Numbered from the stretch's first letter, positions 1 through 9,660 are shown. The stretch: 64,000 nt of DNA from Terracidiphilus sp. (GCA_036489735.1 DASXFF010000154.1:494-64493), one strand, 5' to 3'. Program-made: numbers and translations. The notes: generated by a model not told the origin, from the letters alone.

Positions 1-32
1 CAAATCCATTCCCCAATAAGGAGGTCGCAACC

Positions 33-461
33 ATGAAGGTGAATATCTATCTGAATTTTCCTGGAAACTGCGCAGAGGCAATGAATTTTTATGGGCAGCA
101 TTTGGGCGCAAAGATTCTGATGAAATCGACATTTGCCGAAATGAGTGCCTCGGGCGCGCCGCAAAATATGCCGCCGGGCCTTGACCGCAACGGCATTCTC
201 CACGCGCGCTTCACTCTTGGCGACACGACGGTGATGGCCAGCGACGGCCCCAAGGTCGAGCCGATGCGCAGTGCCTATCTGTCCCTTTCTGTCGACAGCA
301 ACGAAGAGGCCGAACGGATCTACAACGCGCTCACCGAAGGCGGCGAAATCTTTATGCCGATGGGCGAGCAATTCTTCGCGCATCGCTTTGGCCAGTTTCG
401 TGATAAGTTCGGCGTCAACTGGATGGTGATTCACGAAAAGCCCATGCAGCGCCCGGCGTAA
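33..461 (+). CDS. VOC/PhnB-family (glyoxalase-like) protein
   Basis: YLNFPGNCAEAMNFY start, FGQFRDKFGVNWMV end; AGGAGG RBS upstream. Confidence 0.9.
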   Translation: MKVNIYLNFPGNCAEAMNFYGQHLGAKILMKSTFAEMSASGAPQNMPPGLDRNGILHARFTLGDTTVMASDGPKVEPMRSAYLSLSVDSNEEAERIYNALTEGGEIFMPMGEQFFAHRFGQFRDKFGVNWMVIHEKPMQRPA

Positions 462-556
462 CAGTGAGTCTTATGCACGACTTCGATTGAAAAGAAGGCC
501 ATGGGCTGGTACTCTCATCTGTCCCGGTGAAGCGCCGAGACGGCAGAGGTACGACT

Positions 557-1750
557 GTGGCCTTCAAATTTCAGGGTTTCGATTTTCTTGGGCTCGATGC
601 CAGCCTGACGGAAGAGGAATTGCTCGTTCGGCGTACCGCGCGCGATTTTGTCGACGCGAACGTAATTCCAATCATCGAAAGCTGCTTCCGCGAAGGGCGA
701 TTTCCCCGCGAGCTCGTCCCCTTGATGGGCGAACTGGGCTTCTATGGCGCCAACCCCCAAGGTTTCGGCTGCGCCGGCATGTCGAATGTCGAATACGGCC
801 TGATGTTGCAGGAGCTGGAGCGCGGCGACTCGGGCCTGCGCAGCTTTGTCAGCGTCCAATCGGCCCTGGTCATGTATCCGATCTACGCATTCGGTTCAGA
901 AGAACAAAAGAACACTTGGCTGCCCGCGCTCGCAAAGGGAGAAAAGCTCGGCTGCTTCGGCCTCACCGAGCCAGGCTTCGGATCGAACCCGGCAGGCATG
1001 ACCACACACGCGCGCAAATCGGGCGACGAATACATCCTGAACGGCGAGAAAATGTGGATCACGTCGGGCTCGATCGCCGACGTGGCCGTAGTGTGGGCCA
1101 AGCTGGAAGGTGCCGCCACCGAAGGCGAAAACGGCGCCGGTCACATTCGCGGTTTCCTCGTTGAAACCGACCGTTCCGGTTTCTCATCCAGCGACATTCA
1201 CGGCAAGTGGTCGTTGCGCGCGTCGGTGACCAGTAGCTTGTCGTTTCAGGACGTGCATGTGCCCGCCGCCAACCTGCTGCCGGGTGCTGACAGCCTGAAA
1301 GCCGCGCTGATGTGCCTGAACCAGGCGCGCTACGGCATCGGCTGGGGCGCAATCGGCGCAGCCATGGACTGCTACTCGACCGCGCTCAACTACTCCAAAA
1401 TCAGAAAGCAATTTCACGATCAGCCCATCGCCGCACATCAGCTCGTCCAGGAGAAGCTGGTGTGGATGGCGAGCGAAATCTCCAAAGCGCAACTGCTCCC
1501 GCTGCACGTGGGCCGGCTGAAAGACAAAGGCAGTGCGGGCCATCAGCACATCTCCATGGCCAAAAGAAATAACGTCTGGATGGCCCTTGAGTGTGCGCGC
1601 CTGGCTCGCGACATCCTCGGCGCGAACGGAGTGACGGAGGATTATCCGATCATGCGCCACAGCATGAATCTGGAGTCGGTCAAGACCTACGAAGGCGACA
1701 TCCACACTTTGATATTGGGGCAAAATCTAACGGGGATCTCGGCTTACTGA
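557..1750 (+). CDS. Acyl-CoA dehydrogenase, glutaryl-CoA dehydrogenase-like
   Basis: GCFGLTEPGFGSNP, LNGEKMWIT, TYEG motifs; probable GTG start at 557 after GAGG. Confidence 0.88.
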   Translation: MAFKFQGFDFLGLDASLTEEELLVRRTARDFVDANVIPIIESCFREGRFPRELVPLMGELGFYGANPQGFGCAGMSNVEYGLMLQELERGDSGLRSFVSVQSALVMYPIYAFGSEEQKNTWLPALAKGEKLGCFGLTEPGFGSNPAGMTTHARKSGDEYILNGEKMWITSGSIADVAVVWAKLEGAATEGENGAGHIRGFLVETDRSGFSSSDIHGKWSLRASVTSSLSFQDVHVPAANLLPGADSLKAALMCLNQARYGIGWGAIGAAMDCYSTALNYSKIRKQFHDQPIAAHQLVQEKLVWMASEISKAQLLPLHVGRLKDKGSAGHQHISMAKRNNVWMALECARLARDILGANGVTEDYPIMRHSMNLESVKTYEGDIHTLILGQNLTGISAY

Positions 1751-1957
1751 AGACACATGAACTTTTTATTGGAAAAATTGGTCGCCGCTCTGGTTCTGAG
1801 CCCATTGGGCATATTTGTTTCGGCCGCAATCCCAAGGCCGTTCCCGTCGGACGATGCACTCACGGATCATTGGTACATTTACTACGAGCAGTGGTGACCG
1901 CCCAGCCGGTCTCATGCTTGAATCAACTACTTCTTCTGGTCACGCTCGGATCGATCG

Positions 1958-2248
1958 CTATCCACGTCTTGCTCCCGTGGCGATCTTCGCCTCCGAGGTC
2001 ACGTCGAGTTGAGCATCGTTTCTTTCCATCGCCAGTCGTTCCGGTCCTCTTCGCCGGGCTTCAATCCAAGCCCGCCGCAGCCATTTCGGCGCGGATGGAA
2101 CAGTCTCCAGAAAATCTTGAACACTAAGGATCACAACGGCCGGTTCACCCCGCCGGTCGATGACAAACCGCTCTTTCTTTCGGACTGCCCGATCCATGAG
2201 CTGCCCGAACTGAGTACGAGCCACATGGGCGTCGATTCTGCTGTTCAT
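1958..2248 (-). CDS. Phd/YefM-family antitoxin, no toxin partner seen
   Basis: ARTQFGQLMDRA...RFVIDRRGEPAVVILS pattern; GAGGA RBS before ATG 2248. Confidence 0.75.
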   Translation of the reverse strand: MNSRIDAHVARTQFGQLMDRAVRKKERFVIDRRGEPAVVILSVQDFLETVPSAPKWLRRAWIEARRRGPERLAMERNDAQLDVTSEAKIATGARRG

Positions 2249-2299
2249 ATACTTCCTCGTACTTCCTCGCAATCAATACATAAATCAGTCTAATCAATA

Positions 2300-2335
2300 A
2301 ATCAATCAATGCATCAATTGATGCATTGATTGATT
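2300..2335. promoter_or_regulatory. Perfect 36-bp palindrome upstream of the antitoxin, candidate operator
   Basis: AATCAATCAATGCATCAATTGATGCATTGATTGATT equals its own reverse complement. Confidence 0.6.
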
Positions 2336-2359
2336 GCTAAAAAAACGCACGGCACACCG

Positions 2360-3181
2360 TCAGGGCTTTCGATGAGAGCTGAGATTCGCCACTGCCCACG
2401 GCCCGCCCCACAAGCCAACGGCAATGAAGAGACTCGACCACTCGTCGGGGTCGGTGATGGCGCCGGGAATGCCGTAGAAGCCGATCGTGCGCGGCACGTG
2501 CAGCGTGATCACCCAGACCGCAAACATGAAACCGATCGCGATCCAACTCCAGCGCTCCAGAATTCCCAGGCCGATGCCCACGCCGCAGGCGATGAACAGA
2601 ACGCCGAAAAATGCCGCGAAAGGCTCGTGCCACGGAATCCAGCCCGGAATCAACGATCCAATGAAGACGATCCCGATGAAGTGATCGACGCCAAAAACGA
2701 TCATTGCAATAGCTACGATAGCGCGGCAGCCGATAGAGAGCCATTTCGGCGTGACTGCGGCCCCTGGCAGCAGCAGTGCGATAGACGCCAGCGACAACGG
2801 CTCAAAGACAATCGTGCGCAGCCCCATGTTGCCGGGCTGGGCAATGTACTGCGGCAACACGTGAACGAGCGTCCAGAAGATGTAGGTCGCGCCCAGCGTA
2901 TACGCGGAAATCCTCAGCCAGCGTTCAGCCAGCAGACCCACGCCGCATGCGGTCCACAGGGCGCCGAATAGAATCACGAGCCACGGAATCGCTGGCATGA
3001 ATGGAAGCACTGGCATGGAATGGGAGGGTGGTCCTGGCGCCGGAAACGCGCCCGTGGCGCAGACGATATTTTCCATGCCCAGCGCGATCACTGCGAAGGC
3101 AAAGATCCAGCGGCCCGAGCGAAGAACAAGGTCGATAGCCCCGATTGCCGGCCCGTTTTGAGTTGAGATTGCGTTCGGCAT
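2360..3181 (-). CDS. Multi-pass membrane protein, DoxX-like
   Basis: Two repeats of hydrophobic helices; FGVDHF...LIPGWIPW and LHVP motifs. Confidence 0.7.
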   Translation of the reverse strand: MPNAISTQNGPAIGAIDLVLRSGRWIFAFAVIALGMENIVCATGAFPAPGPPSHSMPVLPFMPAIPWLVILFGALWTACGVGLLAERWLRISAYTLGATYIFWTLVHVLPQYIAQPGNMGLRTIVFEPLSLASIALLLPGAAVTPKWLSIGCRAIVAIAMIVFGVDHFIGIVFIGSLIPGWIPWHEPFAAFFGVLFIACGVGIGLGILERWSWIAIGFMFAVWVITLHVPRTIGFYGIPGAITDPDEWSSLFIAVGLWGGPWAVANLSSHRKP

Positions 3182-3399
3182 GCACGCGCCTTCCCAATCG
3201 CGTCCAGGGTTTCACAATGCGCTTTTCATCACACAGGCGAAAGATGCCTTTGTCAATATCCAGTGCCGCTCAGGCGGTGAGAAAAATACAGACCACTAGC
3301 CCTCGGGTATCGATCGGGAGATCCTCGCGAAGAGGTGCGTCAAAGTTGTTCGACGATCCAGATGTGAATATCGACTGTTTCGAAAGCGCCCGACTGCCT

Positions 3400-3422
3400 T
3401 ACACCGCAACCGTGAAGCTCTC
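3400..3422. repeat. Exact 23-bp direct repeat of the mqnE 3' end (second copy 4281-4303)
   Basis: TACACCGCAACCGTGAAGCTCTC at both positions; on the minus strand both read ESFTVAV-stop. Confidence 0.95.
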
Positions 3423-3423
3423 C

Positions 3424-4230
3424 TTAGGGGATCGGATGCTTCGCAGCGTCCGGAATCGCACATGCCTGGTCCACTAAATCATCAAGAGGCTGGGTCGACT
3501 CGCAGTCCAAGCCGTAGTACAGAATGGATTCAGTAAACAATCCAACCGACCGCATGCACTTTCCGTCCGGCATCCATTCTTTCGCATCTACGACCGGGAG
3601 ATCTCCCAGTTTGTAAGTGACTTCTCGATAGCGCGTGGCCTTCCAGACATCTGAATCTTCAGGGATTCCTCCGCCCCACATCGGCCCCCGGCCCTGCTCC
3701 ACCCACAGTCGCTTCGATCTAGACTTTATCGTTACTACCCGAGCAACATAGTCGACATCGCGCTTTTCCGCACGTGCCTTCCTCGCTTTACTCTTTGGAA
3801 CTTGAAAGATTCCGTTCCAGCCAGGCGCTCGCGCGGATAACTCGGCGTCGAAACAGACTCGAAATTGTTCCCCTCCCGGCAGCTTATGTAACGCCACCCG
3901 ACTCGTTGCGGTGCTTTCCGTCGCAAGCCGCACGCTTTCATATCCCGGTTTGCCAAGAACAAAATAAGGAGCTGAGGTGTTGAACTCCACCGTTCCATCC
4001 GGGGCTGTCGTCAGTTCGTCTATATGATTCGCGTGTTCTACAGCCACCTTTGACATCGGAGCCCCGTCGTCTCCGACCACGAGAAGTTTCACATGCTTTG
4101 GTTGGGGCATCAGAAGTGCTTGTTCGGACGGGTTCCGAGATCGATCGATTTGCTCTTGCGGGCCTGCGACGGCCGCACTAAACGCGGAAAGCAAAGCCGC
4201 CATCAGAACGCAGCGCGTCACCTGTCTCAT
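3424..4230 (-). CDS. Hypothetical secreted protein
   Basis: Signal peptide MRQVTRCVLMAALLSAFSAAVA; visibly less GC-biased codons than neighbours. Confidence 0.7.
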   Translation of the reverse strand: MRQVTRCVLMAALLSAFSAAVAGPQEQIDRSRNPSEQALLMPQPKHVKLLVVGDDGAPMSKVAVEHANHIDELTTAPDGTVEFNTSAPYFVLGKPGYESVRLATESTATSRVALHKLPGGEQFRVCFDAELSARAPGWNGIFQVPKSKARKARAEKRDVDYVARVVTIKSRSKRLWVEQGRGPMWGGGIPEDSDVWKATRYREVTYKLGDLPVVDAKEWMPDGKCMRSVGLFTESILYYGLDCESTQPLDDLVDQACAIPDAAKHPIP

Positions 4231-4279
4231 GGAGTTTCCTTGCGGAAAGCTTAGCACTCCGCAAGGGTTACGCGTGGTG

Positions 4280-5461
4280 CTACACCGCAACCGTGAAGCT
4301 CTCTTCGCTTCGCGTCACGGCCCGGTAGAGCGTGTCGCGCTCGAAGGGCACGCGGCCCGCTTCGGTGATCAGGCGGCAAAGCTCCTTGCGCGTCATGCCC
4401 TGGGGAGTTGTAGCGCCGGCGTCGTGGTAAATCTTCTCTTCAATTACGGTGCCGTCCAGGTCGTCAGCGCCAAATCGCAGTGCGATCTGCGCGATCTTGG
4501 GCGTCATCATCTGCCAGTACGCCTTGATATGTGGAAAGTTGTCGAGCAGCAGGCGACTGACCGCGATCTGGCGAATGTCGGTGAGCCCGGTCGTTACGGG
4601 AAGATGGTCGAGCGGCGTGTTTTCAGGATGAAATGCCAGGGGAATAAAAGTCTGGAACCCGCCTGTCTCGTCCTGCAGAGCGCGCAGCTTCAGCAGATGA
4701 TCCACGCGGTCGGCGTCGTTTTCAATATGCCCATAGAGCATCGTCGCATTCGACTTGAAGCCCATCTTGTGCGCCGTGCGTGCGGTTTCAAGCCATTCCT
4801 CGCCGTCGATCTTGTGGTCGCAGATAATGGACCGCACGCGCGCGGCAAAAATCTCTGCGCCGCCGCCGGGCATAGAGTCGACTCCGGCATCGCGCAGCTT
4901 CATCAGCGTTTCTTCCACCGGCAATTTCGCCCGCCGCGCGAGAAACGCGATCTCCACCATGGTGAAGGCCTTGATGTGAACCTTCGGAAATCGCTCTTTG
5001 AGGCCGCGGATTAGATCGAGGAAGAACTCAAGGGGCAAATCGGGATGCAGGCCGCCGACAATGTGAAATTCGGTTACGGCTTCGGAGTAGCCCGAGGCAG
5101 CCGTCTCCCATGCCTCGTCGAGCGCCATGGTGTACCCCGCCGGGTCGCCTTTTTTGCGGCCAAAGGCGCAAAGCTTGCAGGCCGCCACGCAAACATTGGT
5201 AGGGTTGATGTGGCGATTCACGTTGAAGTAGGTGAGGTCGCCATGCATCCGCTCGCGCACATGGTTTGCCAGCCAGCCCACGGCAAGCACATCGGAAGTC
5301 GAATAGAGCACGAGCCCGTCTTCGGCGGTCAAACGCTCCTGGGCCAGCACCTTGGCGGCAATGGGCTTCAGCCGCGGGTCACTCGCCCTGAAAGCGCGGG
5401 CCTCGACTGCCTGCGCCCCATGTGCGCCATTGGTTCCGTTCCCGGCCTGATCCACCGCCAT
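4280..5461 (-). CDS. mqnE: Aminofutalosine synthase (radical SAM, futalosine menaquinone pathway)
   Basis: NVNRHINPTNVCVAACKLCAF, HIVGGLHP, MPGGGAEIF, HIKAYW motifs. Confidence 0.9.
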   Translation of the reverse strand: MAVDQAGNGTNGAHGAQAVEARAFRASDPRLKPIAAKVLAQERLTAEDGLVLYSTSDVLAVGWLANHVRERMHGDLTYFNVNRHINPTNVCVAACKLCAFGRKKGDPAGYTMALDEAWETAASGYSEAVTEFHIVGGLHPDLPLEFFLDLIRGLKERFPKVHIKAFTMVEIAFLARRAKLPVEETLMKLRDAGVDSMPGGGAEIFAARVRSIICDHKIDGEEWLETARTAHKMGFKSNATMLYGHIENDADRVDHLLKLRALQDETGGFQTFIPLAFHPENTPLDHLPVTTGLTDIRQIAVSRLLLDNFPHIKAYWQMMTPKIAQIALRFGADDLDGTVIEEKIYHDAGATTPQGMTRKELCRLITEAGRVPFERDTLYRAVTRSEESFTVAV

Positions 5462-5532
5462 ACATTGATGATACCGGAGTTGCGATTGCCGGGCTTCCTC
5501 CGCTCGGCGACCACCCTTTAGGCTCGGCCTGC

Positions 5533-5562
5533 GCCCTCATGTGGGCTAGATCACATGAGGGC
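5533..5562. promoter_or_regulatory. 11-bp inverted repeat between divergent mqnE and acyl-CoA synthetase
   Basis: GCCCTCATGTG-N8-CACATGAGGGC. Confidence 0.4.
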
Positions 5563-5613
5563 TCGCCGCGCAGGCGTACACTGCCCCTTCATCATTGAAA
5601 CAAAGGCAGAACC

Positions 5614-7266
5614 ATGCCCGCGATCGCGACAAGCACTGACGGCCTGACCTCGACCCAGAGTTATGCGCGTGGCCCAGCAAGGCCGTCGCTGGAGCTGACG
5701 ATCGGCGACCTGTTGCATCGAACCGCAGATCGCTATCCCGATCGACTGGCCGTCGCATCGCGCCACCAGGCGAAGCGGCTCACCTGGGCCGAGCTCAGCG
5801 TGGAAGCTGACCGCGTGGCGCGCGGGCTTTGGTCGCTTGGCGTTCGTCGCGGCGACCGCGTCGGCCTCTGGTCCACCAACTGCATTGAGTGGATCATGAT
5901 GCACATGGGCTGCGCGCGCGCCGGCGCCGCTCTCGTCAACGTGAACCCCGCCTACCGTTCGCACGAGCTGCAATTCACGCTGACCCGTTCGCGGATGAAG
6001 GCGCTGTTTCTCTGGCACAAAGACAAGCGCGCCGACTACGAGGAGATTCTGGGCCGCGCACGTCACGGGCTCGACCTCGCACTCGAACACACCATCTACT
6101 TCGATTCGCCTGAGTGGCCCGCCTTGCTCAACGCCGAAGGGCGCCTGCCCGATCATGTCGCGAACGACGACATCGCGAACATCCAGTACACAAGCGGAAC
6201 CACCGGCTTGCCCAAAGGCGTCATGCTGACCCATCACAACGTGGTCAACAACGGCCAATTCCTCGCGCAGGGCTTCCACTACACCGAGCAGGACAAGATC
6301 GTGGTTCCGGTGCCGCTGTTTCACTGCTACGGCTGCGTCATTGGAACCATGAGCGCCGTCAACTCCGGTGCAGCGATTGTTCTTCCCAATTGGACCTTCG
6401 ATGCGCGCGCCACGCTCAAAGCAATCCACGACGAACGCGCCACCAGCGTCTACGGCGTCCCTGCAATGTACGTCGCCGAGTTCGCGCTGCCCGACTTCGC
6501 GAACTACGACACCACCAGCCTGCGCACCGGCATGATGAGCGGCGCGCCCTGCCCCGTCGAGCTCATGAAGCGCGTCCTCGAAGAGATGCACATCCGCGAG
6601 CTGGTCATCGCCTACGGACAGACGGAAACTTCGCACGTCGTCACGATGAGCGACGCCGGCGACTCGCTCGATATCCGCGTGAACACCGTGGGCCGCGCCT
6701 TGCCCCAGACCGAGATCAAGATCGCCGCAATTGATTCCGGCGAGACGTTGCCGCACGGTCGGCAAGGCGAAGTTTGCGTGCGTGGCTACGCGCTGATGAA
6801 GGGCTACGACGGCGATCCCGAAGGCACAGCGCAGGTCATCCAGCGCGACGGCTGGCTGAGGACTGGAGATCTGGGTGTCATGCGCGAGGACGGATGCATT
6901 CACATCACCGGCCGCTCGCGCGATGTGATCATTCGCGGCGGCGAGAACATCTATCCGCGCGAAGTGGAGGAGTTCCTTTATACCCATCCCAAGGTCGGCG
7001 AAGTGCAGGTGATCGGTATTCCCAACGCTCGGCTCGGCGAGCTCGTTGTTGCGTGGATCCGCTTGCGCCCCGGAGTCGAAGCCACCGAACAGGAGATTCG
7101 CGACTTTTGCCAGGGCCAAATTGCATATTACAAAGTGCCGGAGCACGTTCGCTTCGTTGACGAATTCCCCGCCACGCTTTCAGGCAAAATCCAAAAGTAC
7201 AAGATGCGCGAGTTCGAGATTGAAGCGCGCGGCTTGCAGGCAGTGGCGACGACCGCGACGGCATAA
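5614..7266 (+). CDS. AMP-binding acyl-CoA synthetase
   Basis: IQYTSGTTGLPKG, AYGQTE, WLRTGDLG, IRGGENIYP, SGKIQK motifs. Confidence 0.93.
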   Translation: MPAIATSTDGLTSTQSYARGPARPSLELTIGDLLHRTADRYPDRLAVASRHQAKRLTWAELSVEADRVARGLWSLGVRRGDRVGLWSTNCIEWIMMHMGCARAGAALVNVNPAYRSHELQFTLTRSRMKALFLWHKDKRADYEEILGRARHGLDLALEHTIYFDSPEWPALLNAEGRLPDHVANDDIANIQYTSGTTGLPKGVMLTHHNVVNNGQFLAQGFHYTEQDKIVVPVPLFHCYGCVIGTMSAVNSGAAIVLPNWTFDARATLKAIHDERATSVYGVPAMYVAEFALPDFANYDTTSLRTGMMSGAPCPVELMKRVLEEMHIRELVIAYGQTETSHVVTMSDAGDSLDIRVNTVGRALPQTEIKIAAIDSGETLPHGRQGEVCVRGYALMKGYDGDPEGTAQVIQRDGWLRTGDLGVMREDGCIHITGRSRDVIIRGGENIYPREVEEFLYTHPKVGEVQVIGIPNARLGELVVAWIRLRPGVEATEQEIRDFCQGQIAYYKVPEHVRFVDEFPATLSGKIQKYKMREFEIEARGLQAVATTATA

Positions 7267-7344
7267 GTGGGTAACACCGCGAGCATCAACTTCGCCGCAC
7301 GCATCCGAGTCACCGGCGTCTAGCTCTTCGCCCTGCACAAAATC

Positions 7345-7398
7345 GGGCGCCCCATCCTAAACGTCCGCGGCGGCGGGACGTTTAGGGTGGGATAGCAC
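7345..7398. repeat. REP-like palindromic element (GGGYGCCCCA...GGGATAGCAC family)
   Basis: Hairpin CCTAAACGTCC/GGACGTTTAGG with ends shared by other copies in the window. Confidence 0.8.
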
Positions 7399-7425
7399 TA
7401 ATCCAATACCCAAAGAAGAGCCAAC

Positions 7426-7890
7426 CTACTGAGGCGTTGCCGTCGTCCCTGTCGGCGGAGGCGGAGCAGGCGGCGTTGCAGGAGCCGCCGGCGCCGGTGC
7501 AGGAGCCGCATCCGTAGCGCGCTTGGCCACAAACGTTTGCGGGGGACGATCGCCATTGCCGCCCGCAAAGGTCCGCGTGAAGTTGATGGTGCCATCGGCA
7601 GCGGCCTTGCCGGCGTAGCCAATGGTGAACGAATTCCCGTTGAAGTTCAGCACCTGGTCAAAGGAGATGTTGTCTCCATCGACTTTGCCGTTGGCGATGT
7701 CCATATCGCCGCGCGGCGTGGTGATCTTGCCAGTCAATGTCGATCCATCAACGTGGAAGTCGAAGGTCAGGGTCTGCGTTCCATTGCGCCCTTGCACATC
7801 GCCGGTCCATTTGCCGTTGAAGTCGGCGGCCATCGCGCTGACGGAACCGAGCGCGATAAACAATAGAGTGATTCCGAGTTTCTTGATCAT
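7426..7890 (-). CDS. Hypothetical secreted beta-rich protein with Pro/Ala tail
   Basis: Signal peptide then ADFNGKWTG; GGAG RBS. Confidence 0.8.
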   Translation of the reverse strand: MIKKLGITLLFIALGSVSAMAADFNGKWTGDVQGRNGTQTLTFDFHVDGSTLTGKITTPRGDMDIANGKVDGDNISFDQVLNFNGNSFTIGYAGKAAADGTINFTRTFAGGNGDRPPQTFVAKRATDAAPAPAPAAPATPPAPPPPTGTTATPQ

Positions 7891-7990
7891 GTGAACGTCT
7901 CCCAACGTCAGGTGCTTTCGGGCGGAGCTTCAGTTAAGACGCAATCGCCCAATTAACTAAGACGCTCAAAAGCCGTTTCGAGTCTCAATT

Positions 7991-8011
7991 GAGCCCGGAT
8001 TCGCCGGGCTC
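7991..8011. terminator. GC-rich hairpin downstream of oxidoreductase
   Basis: GAGCCCGG-ATTCG-CCGGGCTC. Confidence 0.5.
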
Positions 8012-8037
8012 GGGGCTACGGCCGCAGGGCTGTAAGG

Positions 8038-8967
8038 CTATTTTTCGCAGTCCGGGGCGAGCAGGATAATCTTCCCGATGCCGCCTTTTTCGCCCAGCAC
8101 ATGGGCCTCTGCCGCATCGCGCAGAGGCATGCGCCGGCCGATGGGCAAAATGAACTTGCCGTCGCGAATATCGTCGGCAAACTCGCGCACTTTCGATGGG
8201 TCGGGCCTTGCGCCCACGCGGTTGATCTTTACGCTGGGATTTTGGGCCGCGATGGACTCGGGCACCACGGATGCATAGCCGAAAGATCCGCCCGGCTTTA
8301 CCTTCGCGATCAGTTTGCCTGCAACATCGCCGCCAACGGTGTCGGAGACGGCATCGATCGAGCGGAAGCTCGCAATGGCCTGATCGTCGTCGATCGCCAG
8401 CACGCCGGAGACGCCGAGGGAGCGGGCGGCATCGAGTTCCCTGCCGCGAACGCCGGCGATGACCTCAGCGCCGATCTTTTTTGCCGTGTGAACCGCTGCA
8501 CGCCCTACGCTGCCCAGCGCACCGGTGACGAGAACGACCTGTCCCTTTTGCACATTGGTTGCGACGCGCACAAGCTGGTCGCCGGTGAGCGAAATCAATG
8601 GGATTGCCGCTGCGTCTATGGGGTCCACGCCATCGGGCAAGTGTGTGACGTCTGCGTAGTCGACCGCAACCAATTCCGCATACGTCTTGTTGGTGAGCGC
8701 GAGGACGCGATCTCCGGCCTTGAAATGATTTACATTTGCCCCGACCTGGCGGACGATGCCGCTGACATCGCGGCCGAGAATGGCGGGGAAAATTAAGGGA
8801 GAACGCTGATGGAGCGATCCGGACCGCAGTTTCCAGTCGATGGGATTGACGCTGGCGGCGGTGGTTGCGATCAGCACCGTGTTGCCGCCGGTCAGCGGTT
8901 CGGCAACGTTTTCTTCGAGTTTCAGCTTTTCGGGACCGCCATATTCATGCAGGACAATTGCTTTCAT
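8038..8967 (-). CDS. NADP-dependent oxidoreductase (MDR/quinone reductase family)
   Basis: MKAIVLHEYGGPE, ASVNPIDWK, VLVTGALGSVG. Confidence 0.9.
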   Translation of the reverse strand: MKAIVLHEYGGPEKLKLEENVAEPLTGGNTVLIATTAASVNPIDWKLRSGSLHQRSPLIFPAILGRDVSGIVRQVGANVNHFKAGDRVLALTNKTYAELVAVDYADVTHLPDGVDPIDAAAIPLISLTGDQLVRVATNVQKGQVVLVTGALGSVGRAAVHTAKKIGAEVIAGVRGRELDAARSLGVSGVLAIDDDQAIASFRSIDAVSDTVGGDVAGKLIAKVKPGGSFGYASVVPESIAAQNPSVKINRVGARPDPSKVREFADDIRDGKFILPIGRRMPLRDAAEAHVLGEKGGIGKIILLAPDCEK

Positions 8968-9104
8968 TGCGCATCTCCCCAAAACCGCAAAGTGGCTCAG
9001 CCAGTAAGTCTGATGCGCGCGAGCGGGGTTGCGGTTCCGGGGTGGCAGGCTGAATTGCGATCGCCGGCGGTCACACGGGCTTGTCGTACCCACCACAAAA
9101 ACTG

Positions 9105-9660
9105 TTGCCCCATCCTTTCGCGCACTTCGCGAAAGGGTGGGATACCACAAATCCCATCCACTCACTCTTCACCCACCACGATCTGAGGGTGCCCCATCCT
9201 TTCGCGCACTTCGCGAAAGGGTGGGATACCACCAATCTCAACCCATCTCTGGTCATCCTGAGCGAGTCACGCAAGGCGTGAAGAGTCGAAGGACCTGCAT
9301 TTCAAAAACCCCGTGTCATCCTGAGCGTAGCGAAGGATCTGCGGTTGCTTTTCACCTACCACAAAATGGGTTGCCCCATCCTTCCGCGTACTTCGCGAAA
9401 GGGTGGCATACCACAAATCTCAACCCACCTCTGGGTCATCCTGAGCGAGTCACGCAAGGCGTGACGAGTCGAAGGACCTGCATTTCAAAAACCCCGTGTC
9501 ATCCTGAGCGCAGCGAAGGATCTGCGGTTGCTTTTCACCTACCACAAAATGGGGTGCAGTATGTCTCGACTTTGAGACCTGGGATAGCACCAACGGAAGG
9601 AGCAGCAGCCTTCAGGCTGCTGAATTCCCCGCGCATCTCAATAGCCTTTAGGCACGGGCC
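9105..9660. repeat. Composite REP/BIME-like array with a 183-bp-period duplication
   Basis: Three CCCCATCCTT...AAGGGTGG hairpins, four GTCATCCTGAGCG...GAAGGA units; 9252-9370 matches 9435-9553 with 2 mismatches. Confidence 0.9.

Noticed and set aside
5551-7146. 531-aa antisense ORF, and similar long ones at 28993-30300, 56198-57601, 19587-20747 and 22966-24030
   Set aside because: These are shadow frames opposite well-supported genes, expected in high-GC DNA, and carry no motifs.
9105-9660. CRISPR array
   Set aside because: Units are of several types, the intervening sequences are themselves duplicated rather than unique spacers, no cas genes are present, and the same units occur singly elsewhere.
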